Shown here piece by piece: positions 49,401 to 59,873 of a stretch of DNA of 64,000 bases. Below the pieces are notes generated by a model, which worked only from the letters and a program-made list of their open reading frames with translations, searched no databases and was not told where the DNA came from. Position numbers and translations under genes: made by a program. The first letter of the stretch is position 1; the number at the start of each line of letters is the position of its first letter. The DNA is from Candidatus Glassbacteria bacterium (GTDB lineage: Bacteria > Gemmatimonadota > Glassbacteria > GWA2-58-10): the NCBI GenBank assembly GCA_963752515.1, contig CAVVYO010000007.1, positions 112,660 to 176,659 of the forward strand, in the 5' to 3' direction.

Positions 49401-49739
49401 AGCTCGTTCCTGGACCTGTCGCCGGAAAGCCGCCGCATCGAGTTCGTCAACCTGCCGGACCAGTGCACGATCCGCATCTACTCGATGGGCGGGAACCTGG
49501 TCAACGTGCTCAACCATATCGGCGCCAACCGGATGGGCTGGGGCGACTACACCGACTGGGACCGGCTGGACAACAACAGCCAGCCGAAGGAGTTTACCGG
49601 TTACGACAACCACAGCGGCACCGAGCCGTGGAACCTGCGCAACCGTTTCGGCCAGACCGTGGCCAGCGGCCTGTATTTCTTCCACGTGACTGACTCTCGG
49701 GGAGAGACCCATACCGGGAAGTTCTACATCATCAACTGA
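46495..49739 (+). pseudogene. Large secreted protein with FN3-like segment and a T9SS C-terminal sorting domain; intact to 48411, then protein-like translation hops frames about 8 times before an in-frame T9SS CTD
   Basis: AGGAG RBS; signal MLDRQFLIKLMVVALLVAVAQPARA; after 48411 good peptide segments appear in alternating frames (AYTPFHGGTLTEGASTELRGDGSGKLLDAP; MLVCTGMESFDFGGWNWPTG; DNMGWVTSAQFSLTWGTANGELTVAVKN; YLKLVQSLPADNTEGFGIWVNGIFWVF; QTIFTQEPDPPFTGDKWTIQIKP); C-terminal IRVVPNPYMAS..RIEFVNLPDQCTIRIYSMGGNLVNVL..SGLYFFHVTD..GKFYIIN matches the T9SS CTD. Confidence 0.55.
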
Positions 49740-49798
49740 TGATCGATGCAGACGGATTGCCGGTATGTCAACTTTCCCGACGATAATGGAGGTAGAAC

Positions 49799-51011
49799 AT
49801 GTTGAAGAAGATGGCCACAAGGGCTTTGCTGATCGCTGGCCTGCTGCTGTCGTTCGTCGCTTTCCCGGCCCTGGCCCAGGGTGTGGCGCGGCAGGAGTAC
49901 AGCGGCCTGGACAAATACCCCGAGCAGGGGCGGCCGGATGAACTCCTCGTTTGTCGGAGTCAGGGCGGCCGAGTTTCTGAAATCCCGGTCGGTGCTCGCG
50001 GCATCGGCATGGGCAGTTCCTTTTCGGCCGTCACCGACGACATCAGCTCGATGTGGTGGAACCCGGCCGGTCTGGGCTTCCTGCAGCAGAAGGAAGTGAT
50101 GTTCAATGTCGTTGACTACACCATGGACCTGACCTACAGCTACCTGGCCGCCGCCGCTCCGATGGCCGATGGGCGGGTGGTGGTGGGCGGGTTCTTCGGT
50201 TATCTCGACATCCCGGACATGCAGATCACCACGGTCGGCTCTCCCGCAGGGCACGGGCCGCACTTTTTCCGCCTATGACTTCCAGATGGGCGGCTCGTTG
50301 GCCTACACCCTGTCGGACCGCTTTATCGCCGGGATGAACTTCAAGTACATCCACCAGGACATGTTCAACAACATCGGCGGCGACGCTTTCGCTATCGATG
50401 CCGGTGCGATCTACCACACCGAGCTGGCCGACCGCGAGGTCCGTTTCGCGTTCGCGATCCAGAACCTGGGCACCAACATCACCATGCGCGGCCCGAACCT
50501 GCTGTACGAGGTCGGTCCGGAAGATGGCAGCGGGTTGCTGCCCTACGGGTACCAGGATTACACGAACTACGTTTACGCCCTGCCGCGGCGCAGCAACCGC
50601 TGGGCCTACCGGCAGACGCACACCTACCGGTTGCCGACGATTGTCAAGCTGGCGCTGTCCTACAACCTGTACACCGGTGAGAGCGCCAACTGGCTGGCCT
50701 CGGCCGAGCTGTGGCGCAACAGCAGCACGCCGATCAGCTATGCCACCGGCACCGAGATGAACTACAACTTCACGCCGTTTTTGTCCGGGGCGATTCGCGC
50801 CGGCTGGTTGATCCAGACCGACGAGTTCACCAATGACACGGACGAATTCGGCTACTCCTACTGGGGCGATGACCCGACCTTCCGGGGCGTAAGCTTCGGC
50901 GGCGGGATCAAGCGCACCTTCGGCGGCCGGGCGATCGACTTCAACTACGCCTACCGCAACAAGGGCCGCCTGACGGCGGATAACTTCTTCACGGTTTCGT
51001 TCGGCTTCTGA
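49799..51011 (+). CDS. PorV/PorQ-family (T9SS-associated) outer-membrane beta-barrel protein; one apparent frameshift near 50240
   Basis: GGAGG RBS; signal MLKKMATRALLIAGLLLSFVAFPALAQG; GARGIGMGSSFSAVTDDISSMWWNPAGLGFL resembles the PorV N-terminal block; C-terminal ..NFFTVSFGF ends in Phe; frame switches from 49799 frame to 50169 frame around TTTTT at 50255. Confidence 0.65.
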
Positions 51012-51054
51012 GTTTCAACCAGACGGTAAATTGAGCCGAAGAACCGTCCAATCG

Positions 51055-51096
51055 CCCCTCGGCCCGGCCTGACAGGTCGGGCCGGGGGCTTTTTAT
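51055..51096 (+). terminator. Rho-independent terminator after PorV-like gene
   Basis: GGCCCGGCCTGACAGGTCGGGCCGGG hairpin followed by GGCTTTTTAT. Confidence 0.55.
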
Positions 51097-51216
51097 CCCA
51101 GTCGGCTCTTGCCTGGCCGGGCCGCACAGGCTAAATAGAATAAAAACCACCAATCGCCAGCTCCGAAATCCGTACTCACGGCACCCCCGCAGTTCCACTC
51201 AGGCCAGGAGGGACCG

Positions 51217-53722
51217 ATGTCCCGTCTGCTGAATCTCACGCGGCAACCCGCATCGCTTCTCACCCTGGGCCTGCTGCTGGCCCTGCTGCTTCCGCTTTCC
51301 CGGGTTCGGGCCGAGGAGTCTCCCGCCGGGACGCTGCTGCTGGAGGGTTTCGAGGAGCAGGACGCGCTGGAGCGCTGGTACTTCCAGGAGGCCGCCGGCC
51401 AGCTTGCCACCGCCCGCGCCACCGAGGGAGTCCGCTCGGCCCGGATCAGCTTTGGAGCCGAGGGCCGGAAGGGGCCGGAACTCGCGATGCGCCTGCCCCT
51501 GGATCAGCATTACCTGCCGGGCAACGACTACCTGCCCTTTGACCGCCTGGCGTTCGATGTCTACAACGAGACCGGCAAGGTGATCGAGCTGCGGGCCGGG
51601 CTGCGGGATACCCTCGGCAACCAGCTCTCCTACCGCACCTTCTCCATCCCGCCCCGCAGCGGCATGACCTGCGAGCTGCCCATCGCCCATCTCTTCAAGC
51701 ACGTGCCGCAGGTTTTCGGCAGCCGGGGGGAGAAGGAAGAGCAGCCGCCGAAGATCCTTTCTTTCTACCTGCTGCTGGTCGAGCGGAACGAGCTCTACCT
51801 GGACAACCTGCGGCTGGTGGCGAGTCCGCTCGAGGTCAGAGAGGCCGGGTTGGGGCTCGACCCGTTCCAGGCCGGCCGGGTACTGGCCGGTTGCCGGCTC
51901 AATCGCGCCGCGGCCTGCGACCTGAGGATCATGGACGATCAGGGCCGCATCGTGGCCCGCCACTACCAGCTCACCGACCTGTTCCGCTGGAGCTGGGAGA
52001 GCGAGACCGACCGCTCGACCCTCGCTCCCGGCAGCTATACCGCCCGGCTGACTGTCGCCGATGTCCGCTGGAATCCCGACCGGCCGATCGTGCGCGAGCT
52101 GGGGAGCTTCCAGGTGGCTCCGGAGCGGGAGCGGCCGGAGCTGGTGGCCTGGCACGAGCCCACCACCCGCCAGGTGATGCTTTCCGACCGCCCGCAGGCC
52201 GGCCAGCCCGTGCTGACCTGGGAGGAGATCGCCGCGGAGAAGCCGGAGCTGGCCCCGCTGCGGATCGAGATGGCCCGGGGCGAGGTCGAGGGCGCCCAGC
52301 TGGTGTTCCTCACCCGCTCGCGCACCGCCCGCCTGGGCTTCGCGATCGAGGGCCTGAGTCACACCCGCGGCGGGATGCCTTTCCCGCTGGAGGGCGGCGA
52401 AATCCTGCAGGTGGGCTATGTCCTGACCCGCGACCCGCTCTACTACGAGGTGGACCACATCGGCTGGTGGCCGGATGCCCTGCTGCCGAATGCGCAGATG
52501 TATGCCGAGCCCCAGGAGTGCATGCCGGTCTGGGTGAACCTCCGCTCCGACCGGGAAACTGTCCCCGGGCTCTATCGCGGCCGGCTGGCGATCACCCTCA
52601 ACGGCGAGCGGGCCGGGTCGATCCCGCTGGAGGTGACGGTCCATCCGCCGGTGCTGCCGGAATCAGACTACGATCCGCACCGCGTTCACCACCTCCGATG
52701 AGCTGATCGCCGAGGTCCACGGCGGCAAGCTGCCACCGGGGATGCTGCGCCGCTACCACCAGTTTGTCGCCGACCATCGTCTGAACCCGGACAACATCTA
52801 CCGCAGCCGCCCGCCGGAGCTGGAGACGGTCGAGTACTTCGCCGGCAAGGACCAGCTCAACGCCTTCAACCTGAAGTACATCGGCGGCCGGGTGGAGATG
52901 ATCGACCAGATCGACAACGAGGCCTACCTGCAGGAGCTGGCCGATGAGCTCGACCCTTACGTGGCCGAGCTGCGCCGTCGCGGGCTGGCCGACAAGGCCT
53001 ATTTCTATGGCTTCGATGAAATCGGCGGCGAGATGTACGAGGTGGTCCGGCGCACTTTCGGCTTCCTGAAAAAACGCTACCCGGAAATCCCCACCATGAC
53101 TACCGGCCGCGATGCCAGCTTCGGGATCGACTCCGGCCTGGAGGACGAGGTGGACATCTGGGTGCCGCTCACCCCGGTCTATGATCTTCAGCGGGCCGAG
53201 GCCACCCGCAAGCGGGGCAAAGAGGTCTGGTGGTACATCTGCATCAGCCCGCCCCACCCTTACGCCAACTGGTTCGTCGAGTACCCGGCGCTGGAGCCCC
53301 GCCTGCTGTGGTGGATGACCTGGCAGCAGCGGGTCCCGGGCTTCCTCTACTACCTGACCAACCTGCGCCACGGCCAGGAAGAGCTGATGCGGCTGGACGG
53401 CCACAACAAGACCAACTGGAACCCGGCCTCGTGGCGCACGGCCAACGGGGATGGCTGCTTCATCTACAGCGGGCCCGAGGGACCGATCAGCACGATCCGC
53501 TTCGAGAACATCCGCGACGGGTTGGAGGACAGCGAGCTGCTGTTCCTGCTGGAGCGGCGCCTGAAGGATGGCGGCCGGGCCGGACAGGCGCTCTGCGGCG
53601 AGCTGATCCGCTCGCTGACCGACTACTGCCGGGACCCGGCGCAGTTCGCCGAGGTGCGGCGGCGGCTGCTGCAGCAGGCCGGAGGCCGGACGGTCACGCG
53701 GGCTGTCGGCGGGGGGGAATGA
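51217..53722 (+). pseudogene. Secreted DUF4091-like putative glycoside hydrolase; single apparent frameshift near 52690-52745
   Basis: AGGAGG RBS; signal MSRLLNLTRQPASLLTLGLLLALLLPLSRVRA; upstream ORF ends HRVHHLR* while the next frame reads TAFTTSDELIAEVHGGKLPPGMLRRYHQFVADHRLNP continuous with the 52742 ORF; GWWPDALLPN block. Confidence 0.5.
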
Positions 53723-53765
53723 GCCGGAGCGAATCGGGTTTGGCTTGACACCGGTGGGGGCGAGC

Positions 53766-53810
53766 CCTCAAGTTGAAGGGAGGCTCGCCCCCCTTTTTTA
53801 CGCTCCGGGG
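53766..53810 (+). terminator. Rho-independent terminator after DUF4091-like gene
   Basis: GGGGGCGAGCCCTCAAGTTGAAGGGAGGCTCGCCCCC then TTTTTTAC. Confidence 0.6.
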
Positions 53811-53875
53811 GGAAGGCGGAAACCTTTGGGGAATGGTTTCCGTCCTCTGCCCGGAACAACTGGTCGTCTTTTCGG
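53811..53875. repeat. Module A-like imperfect hairpin (GGGGGGAAGGCGGAAACC..GGTTTCCGTCCTCTGCCC) with F-type flank CCGGAACAACTGGTCGTCTTTTCGG
   Basis: Degenerate palindrome related to module A; flank shared with 59695-59735. Confidence 0.45.
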
Positions 53876-53914
53876 TGTTGTCGTCAAATTGGCATCATGG
53901 GCGGGAGGATCGGA

Positions 53915-54328
53915 ATGGATTCCAGGGCGAGAGACCGGCAACGGCAGCCGCGCTCCTTCCCGGCCCGGGTGGCCCGGGTGGTGGACCCGCGGACAGTGAT
54001 CATCGACCGGGGAAGGCGGGATGGCGTGCAGCCGGGCCAGCTCTTCCAGCTCTACAGCCTGGCCGAGGCCGACTGGCGCCAGCGCCGGGAGGGCGGGAGC
54101 CAGGAACAGTTGCGGGTGATCCGCGGCACGGGCGAGGTGATCGCCGCCGGGGAGGGCCGGGCGGTGCTGCGTTCCACCCGCAGCCAGGGTCCGTTGATTG
54201 TCACCCGCCCCAGCCCGTTACGGTTCCTCGGAGTGGGGCCGGAACTGGTGGTTGCTCCCGATTCATCTGCGGACCGGGCCCCGTTCGATGACCCGGTGGC
54301 CGGCGACCTGGCGCTCCCGCTGGATTAG
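53915..54328 (+). CDS. Hypothetical Arg-rich small protein
   Basis: GGGAGG RBS 6 nt upstream of ATG 53915; no recognisable domain; could be spurious in GC-rich DNA. Confidence 0.3.
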   Translation: MDSRARDRQRQPRSFPARVARVVDPRTVIIDRGRRDGVQPGQLFQLYSLAEADWRQRREGGSQEQLRVIRGTGEVIAAGEGRAVLRSTRSQGPLIVTRPSPLRFLGVGPELVVAPDSSADRAPFDDPVAGDLALPLD

Positions 54329-55434
54329 CTCCCTGCGCTCCAGAGCAGCTCGATGGTCAGTCCCCCCACCGGCTCGGTGTCGATGTAGGCGAAACGGCCC
54401 TCGATGCTCTCCCGGCCCCAGGCCCCATCCTGCGAGACCGGCGCCCCGCACTTGTCGAACAGCGCCGTGGCCTCGTCCATGTCCTCCACCTCGAAAGCGA
54501 TGTGGTGGAAGCCCTCGCCGTGCTTCTCCAGGAACTCCTTGTAGATGCTGCGTCCCCAGGTGGGCTGGATCACCTCCAGGCTGGTCCGGCCGAATTGCCC
54601 CCAGCCCATGTGCATCCGCAGGTCCTCAGCCTCGCCCCGGTAACGGCGGAGCAGCCCCTGGTTGTCCCGGTCCACCCGCTGCATCGGGAAGCCCAGTCCG
54701 CGGTAGTAGTCCATCACCCGGTCGACATCCGGCACGACAGTCGCATACTGGACGATCGGGCCGAACGGGTACTGGTGGTCCTCCCGCGCGGACGCCCCCG
54801 GGCGGTGGTTGGGGTCGAAGACCAGCTCGAAACAAACCCCGCCCACCGGCTCGGTGTCCAGGTAGGCAAAGGTCCCCTGGCCGCCGGCGTTGGTGAAGTG
54901 GCCGCGCTGGACCACTCCCACCCCCTGCCGCTCCAGCAGCTCCACCCGCCGCTCCAGCGCTTCCGGGCTCTCCTGGCGGAAAGCCACGTGCTGGATCCCC
55001 TCCCGGTGCTTTTCCAGGAACTCATCGTAGACACTGTAGCCCTCGGCCGGCTCGAACAGCTCCAGCCCCACCCCGCCGAGGGTGGTCCAGCCCCAGCGGG
55101 TCACCAGGTCCACCTGGCGGCCCCGGTACCAGACTCCGGGCGAGCGGTGGGCCTCCTCGGTGTAGATCGAGCCCAGCCCGAGCTGGCGCCAGTACTCGAC
55201 TGTCCGCTGCAGGTCGCGCACCACCCAGCCCAGGTGGGCCACCTCGCCGAACGGCGATGGGTCCGGCAGGCTCTCCGCCGGGGCCTCCCCGGTTGCGGCC
55301 GCGGCCTGCGGGAGCGTGGCGGCGAGCAGATCCTGCGGCAGCAGGGGCGCGGCCAGTCCCGCGCCGGTGAGCGCCAGGAACTGCCGTCGGCCCAAGGGTT
55401 CCTGTTCCTGCGGCATCGGTTCCTCCTGTGACAC
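54325..55434 (-). CDS. VOC (glyoxalase/bleomycin-resistance/dioxygenase) superfamily protein with tandem domains and Tat signal
   Basis: RRQFLALTGAGLAAPLL; two repeats of the G(L/V)xHxAFxV..E pattern (IQHVAFRQES, FHHIAFEVED) and FAYLDTEPVGG / FAYIDTEPVGG duplicates. Confidence 0.7.
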   Translation of the reverse strand: MSQEEPMPQEQEPLGRRQFLALTGAGLAAPLLPQDLLAATLPQAAAATGEAPAESLPDPSPFGEVAHLGWVVRDLQRTVEYWRQLGLGSIYTEEAHRSPGVWYRGRQVDLVTRWGWTTLGGVGLELFEPAEGYSVYDEFLEKHREGIQHVAFRQESPEALERRVELLERQGVGVVQRGHFTNAGGQGTFAYLDTEPVGGVCFELVFDPNHRPGASAREDHQYPFGPIVQYATVVPDVDRVMDYYRGLGFPMQRVDRDNQGLLRRYRGEAEDLRMHMGWGQFGRTSLEVIQPTWGRSIYKEFLEKHGEGFHHIAFEVEDMDEATALFDKCGAPVSQDGAWGRESIEGRFAYIDTEPVGGLTIELLWSAGS

Positions 55435-55457
55435 AAGTTAAAGCCAAACCGTCTGTT

Positions 55458-55512
55458 CCGGGGGGAGGGCGGGAACCTTTTCCACCTTCCAAAACTTTTT
55501 CGCTGGTTCGAT
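55458..55512. repeat. Truncated module A (left arm CCGGGGGGAGGGCGGGAACC + TTCCAAAACTTTTTCGCTGGTTCG)
   Basis: Internal-deletion derivative of the full element. Confidence 0.55.
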
Positions 55513-55626
55513 GCTGCTACCGGACGGTGAGTCGGGATGAATGATGTCCGCCGGTCTGGTGTCGCTTTCCTGATAAGCATAGCACGAGCCACGGAGGACA
55601 GTCAAGCGCCATGGCCCGGCAACCGC

Positions 55627-56505
55627 TCATTTGCCGCCGGATTGGCTATCCGCCCGCTCGACCCGGTACAGGTAGTCCCGGCGGCTCCAGAGGATCCCGC
55701 GCAGCGGCCGGGTCGGATCGACCACGGCGGTGATCAGCTCCTCGCGGTCCTGGTTGCTCTCGGCGTGCAGCAGGCCATCCGGGTCGATCACATAGCTCTT
55801 GCCCGCCTGGACCGGGCCGGCGCAGTTGCAGGAGACCACCCAGATCCCATTCTCGGCCGCCCGGCTGCGCAGGTGTCCCTCCCAGACCGGAATTTTCCAG
55901 GAATCCCCGCCCGCGGCGTGGGAGATGTGCAGCATCACGCTGACCCCCTCCAGGGCCAGCAAGCGCCAGGGCTCCGGGAAACGGGCATCGTAGCAGATTT
56001 GCAGCCCGCACTTGAGGCCCTCCAGCTCCACCGGCCGGAAGCTCCTCCCGGCGGCGTAGACCGCTCCCCCGGTGCCGTGCAGCTTGTCGAACGTGGCCAG
56101 GATCGCCCCATCGCGGCCCAGCAGGTGGGCGGTGTTGTAGAGGCTGTCCCCGCGCCAGTCCGAGGTGCCGATCACCACGAAGATTCCCGCCCGGGCGGTC
56201 TCCTCCCGCACCCGCGCCAGGGCCTGCTCCAACTCCTCCCGCGCGGGGAAGGGCTTGTCCTGGAAATGCAGGGGCCGGTAGCCGGAGAGCGCGGTCTCGG
56301 GGAACAGCAGCAGCTCCACCCCCAGGCTGTCGGCCCGGCGGATGAAGCGCACCGCCCGTTCCAGGTTGTCGGCGACCCGGTCGGTGACTGTCATCTGGGC
56401 GCAGCCGGCCAGGAAGGGCCGCTCCCCCAGCCCGGGCCGGGCCGCGAGCGGGGCGGCCGCCAGGCCAAGGGCCAGCAGGGTCGGGATGAGTGGTGCGACT
56501 GGCAT
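55627..56505 (-). CDS. Carbon-nitrogen hydrolase (nitrilase superfamily) with signal peptide
   Basis: Catalytic Glu in LLLFPETALSGY; nitrilase-superfamily E-K-C triad pattern inferred. Confidence 0.7.
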   Translation of the reverse strand: MPVAPLIPTLLALGLAAAPLAARPGLGERPFLAGCAQMTVTDRVADNLERAVRFIRRADSLGVELLLFPETALSGYRPLHFQDKPFPAREELEQALARVREETARAGIFVVIGTSDWRGDSLYNTAHLLGRDGAILATFDKLHGTGGAVYAAGRSFRPVELEGLKCGLQICYDARFPEPWRLLALEGVSVMLHISHAAGGDSWKIPVWEGHLRSRAAENGIWVVSCNCAGPVQAGKSYVIDPDGLLHAESNQDREELITAVVDPTRPLRGILWSRRDYLYRVERADSQSGGK

Positions 56506-56676
56506 CGGGGTTCCTCCGGTTTGAGGTGCGTGGCGGATCGGGCTCGGGTGGCGCCGGGCTTATTGTAGCGACTTTCTTGCCGCCGCGCCATCCCCGTGGG
56601 TCAATCTCATTTCTGAGAATGGCGACTGCGATTATGAGACACCGCGGAAACCCTCGCGGAGAATTCTCCTTGCGGG

Positions 56677-57831
56677 ATGCGGATTTGCCGATCCACCGGT
56701 TCTGGTATCCCTTTTGCATTCTTTCGCCAGGCAACAAACCAAACGCGCCTGCCGGTGCCGCGATGGCGACCGGCCGCGCTTTCCTCGATCACAGGGGACA
56801 CTCCGGTGAGAGACGACTACCAGCGCCCGGCCTCCGAAAATGTCTATCGGCTGCTGCAACTGCCCAAGATCGACGGGCATACGCATCTGGGCTGGCACTG
56901 CCGGGGCGAGGCGCTCTACCGCCTGCTGGACTCGGTCAATTTCCGCTGGATCACCATCTGCTACGGCGGCACCCGCTGGCAAAACCTGCAACTGATGATC
57001 GACACCGCCGGCCGGATGCACCGGGACTATCCCGACCGTTTCTCCTGGGTGACCTCGTTCAACCTGGACAACTGGGGAAGCGGGCGCTGGGAGCAGGACA
57101 CCCTGGACCTGTTGCAGCGCAGCTTCGAGGCCGGCGCGGTGGGGGTCAAGGTCTGGAAAGAGATCGGGATGGCGCTGAAAGATGCCGACTCCAGCTACGT
57201 GATGGTCGACGATGACCGGTTCGCTCCGCTGTTCGAGACCCTGCGGGAGCATGGGCGCACCCTGGTGGCCCACATCGGCGAGCCCCTGAGCTGCTGGCTG
57301 CCGTTGGACCAGATCCATGTTCCCGGCGACCTGGCCTACTACAGCGCCCACCCGGCGGAGCACTGCCACTGCCGGAAGGATGTGCCGTTCCATCAGTGCC
57401 ACATCCAGGCGATGGACCGGGTGCTGGCGCGCTACCCCGGGCTGCGGGTGGTCTGGTGCCACCTGGCCAGCCTGGAGACCGACCTGGAGCAGATCTCGGC
57501 CCGGCTGGAGCGCTATCCCAACCTGGCGGTGGACCTGGCGGCCCGGGTGGGCCACCTCCAGTTCCAGGACAGCGGGCTGGTGCGCGAGTTCTTTCTCCGC
57601 CACCAGGACCGCATCATCTACGGCACCGACACCGAGCTGGAAGCGGCCGAGCCGGGCGCGGCCGAGGATGAGCTGCGCGCCGCCCGCGAGGTCTACATCC
57701 AGGACCTGATCTATTTCGCCACCGACTGGGAGATCTCGGTCAATGGCCGCCATCGCGGGCTGGCCCTGCCGGATGAGGTCCTGGAGAAGATTTTCCGCAC
57801 CAATGCCGAGAAGTGGTATTCCCCGGACTGA
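56677..57831 (+). CDS. Amidohydrolase-2 family metal-dependent TIM-barrel hydrolase
   Basis: IDGHTHLGWH metal-binding motif; start uncertain (ATG 56677 vs GTG about 56803). Confidence 0.65.
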   Translation: MRICRSTGSGIPFAFFRQATNQTRLPVPRWRPAALSSITGDTPVRDDYQRPASENVYRLLQLPKIDGHTHLGWHCRGEALYRLLDSVNFRWITICYGGTRWQNLQLMIDTAGRMHRDYPDRFSWVTSFNLDNWGSGRWEQDTLDLLQRSFEAGAVGVKVWKEIGMALKDADSSYVMVDDDRFAPLFETLREHGRTLVAHIGEPLSCWLPLDQIHVPGDLAYYSAHPAEHCHCRKDVPFHQCHIQAMDRVLARYPGLRVVWCHLASLETDLEQISARLERYPNLAVDLAARVGHLQFQDSGLVREFFLRHQDRIIYGTDTELEAAEPGAAEDELRAAREVYIQDLIYFATDWEISVNGRHRGLALPDEVLEKIFRTNAEKWYSPD

Positions 57832-57926
57832 GCGGGCAGCGAGGGACACCGGGGGATCCAGCGCGAAGGCCGCAGGTTCGTGAGAGCCTGCGGCCTTCCG
57901 ATTTTGTCGCCTGCTCTGAGGCAAGG

Positions 57927-59441
57927 CTACTTCACGCTGTTCTCCCGCACGGTGATTTTGCCCAGCCGGTACCAGCCATCGGGCTGCAGCCCCTCGATCG
58001 CCAGCTTGACATGGGGCCGGCGGGTGCGCGGCTCGACAATCGCGATCTCCAGGTCATACTCGCCCTCGGGCATGTCCACCGGCAGGTAAATCGCGCTGTC
58101 GTAGATCATGTCCCCGGGCATCCAGGTGCGGATGTCGGCCTCGGTGGGGAAGAACTCGGTGCGCTGGGCATTGGTGAGCCGGATCGCCAGCGGCCACTGA
58201 CGGTAGGCCGGGGCGACGCCCTTGTTCTCCCACCAGGAGCGGAAGGCCAGCTTGCCGTGGGGCCGCACCTCGACCGGGTAGCTGAACTTGCGCAGCACGA
58301 ACCGGTAGCCCATCTTCTTGAGCCACTCGTCCACCAAGGGCCGCCACTCGTCGGGCACCGCGCTGCTTTTGGCGTTGAAAGTGCTGACATGCCATTTCAG
58401 CGCCTGGTCGAAGATGTACTTGACCACTTCCTCGTTGTAGCCCTGCCGCTGCTTCCAGCTCAGGAACGTGCCGCAGATCTCGTGGGCGATCGGGGCTTTC
58501 TTCCAGGCGTCCATCATCCCGGCGCGCATGATGTCCTGGGGGTAGAGGTCGTACATGTGGCACCAGTCGCCCTGGGTGTCGCGCCAGAAGCCCATGTCGC
58601 CGATGCAGTCGCCGCGCCAGCCGAGGTGGCGGGTCTGCGAGCCCGCCTCATTGCTGGCGCCGTCCGGCCAGTAGGCGGCGATCGGGGTGCCGCGCACCAG
58701 CAGGCCCGGCTCCGGGGAATCGCCGTTGAGCGGCTGGAAGATCAGGTGGGTCTGCTTGAAGCTGTCCAGGTAGGAGTTGAGCAGGGCGATTCGGGTCTGG
58801 TCGCTCAGCCGGTGGGTGCCATCGCCCTCGCCCCAGAAGCCGACAATCGAGATGTCGATCCACTCCAGGTCCGGGTGCCCATCGTAGCGCTCGCCCATCG
58901 CGCGGATCATCCCGCCGAAATACTTGAGATAGTCGGGGTTTTCCGGGTCGGTGCGCCACTTGTCGCTGGTCAGGTTCTTCTCCGGGCCGACCATTTTCCG
59001 GTACCAGGCCGGGACATCCTCGTTCTCGCCCCCGCCATAGGTGGCGATCCGCAGGCAGAGGGTCTGGCCGCGCTCGGCGGCGGTCTTGAGGGCCTTGTCG
59101 AGCATCGCCCAGTTGTACTGCTCCCGCTCGGGCTCGAGGTAGCGCCAGTAGACCCGGAAGTAGGCGGTGGTGGTGGCGGGATGGTCGGGGTTGGTCAGGT
59201 CGCCATCGAATTCCTGGTACTCGATCGGATGGCCCTCGGTCCAGTGGATCCCGCCGTTGAGGGTGTCGCCGTTGAAGCGCTGGAAGGTGTGGAAGCCGAT
59301 CCCGGGGTTGTTGAGGACCGCGTCGATCTCTTTCGGGCGGACGATCACCTGCTCGACTGTCGGCTTGGGGATGCCGAGCTGGGCCAGGGCGGGCAGGGCG
59401 CCGACCAGCAGCAGGGTCAGCACGGACAGCAGTTGGCGCAT
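57927..59441 (-). CDS. Secreted DUF4874/DUF4832-like putative glycoside hydrolase (TIM-barrel-like)
   Basis: AAGGGAGG RBS; signal MRQLLSVLTLLLVGALPALAQ; family assignment from recalled pattern only. Confidence 0.6.
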   Translation of the reverse strand: MRQLLSVLTLLLVGALPALAQLGIPKPTVEQVIVRPKEIDAVLNNPGIGFHTFQRFNGDTLNGGIHWTEGHPIEYQEFDGDLTNPDHPATTTAYFRVYWRYLEPEREQYNWAMLDKALKTAAERGQTLCLRIATYGGGENEDVPAWYRKMVGPEKNLTSDKWRTDPENPDYLKYFGGMIRAMGERYDGHPDLEWIDISIVGFWGEGDGTHRLSDQTRIALLNSYLDSFKQTHLIFQPLNGDSPEPGLLVRGTPIAAYWPDGASNEAGSQTRHLGWRGDCIGDMGFWRDTQGDWCHMYDLYPQDIMRAGMMDAWKKAPIAHEICGTFLSWKQRQGYNEEVVKYIFDQALKWHVSTFNAKSSAVPDEWRPLVDEWLKKMGYRFVLRKFSYPVEVRPHGKLAFRSWWENKGVAPAYRQWPLAIRLTNAQRTEFFPTEADIRTWMPGDMIYDSAIYLPVDMPEGEYDLEIAIVEPRTRRPHVKLAIEGLQPDGWYRLGKITVRENSVK

Positions 59442-59694
59442 GGGTAATCCTCCCTTGAGTTGAGGGGCTGAAACCGCCGGAGACAGTGGCAAAGCGCTGA
59501 GGGAAGGGTAATCGCCGCGGGGACGCCAGTCAAGGGGATCGGGGCGGGGGATCGCCCTCCCTCCGCTTTTCCCTTGCCTTCCCGCCCGCGCTTCATAAAT
59601 TGGCCTTTACCGCCACCTGTTTCCTTAAGCCCCATTCCCGTGAGGGGGTTGAATGCGCCGGCAGCTCGCGCTCGGGCGGCCGGCCCGGCGCTCT

Positions 59695-59735
59695 GCGCCC
59701 TCCCCCCGGAACAGTTGGCTTTTGCAGTCGAATTG
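59695..59735. repeat. Module F fragment GCCCTCCCCCCGGAACAGTTGGCTTTTGCAGTCG
   Basis: Shared with 6095-6125 and 53850-53875. Confidence 0.4.
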
Positions 59736-59873
59736 GTACGATGTCGCTGACCACGGAATTTGGAACCTTCCGCCGCGCCGGGCGGTCCCAGAGGGTGAAC
59801 GATGGTCGGGCGGGCGCGCTGCTTTTCCCGGCCTTGACTGTAACCGGCATCCTCGAGCAAGGGGGTCCTCACG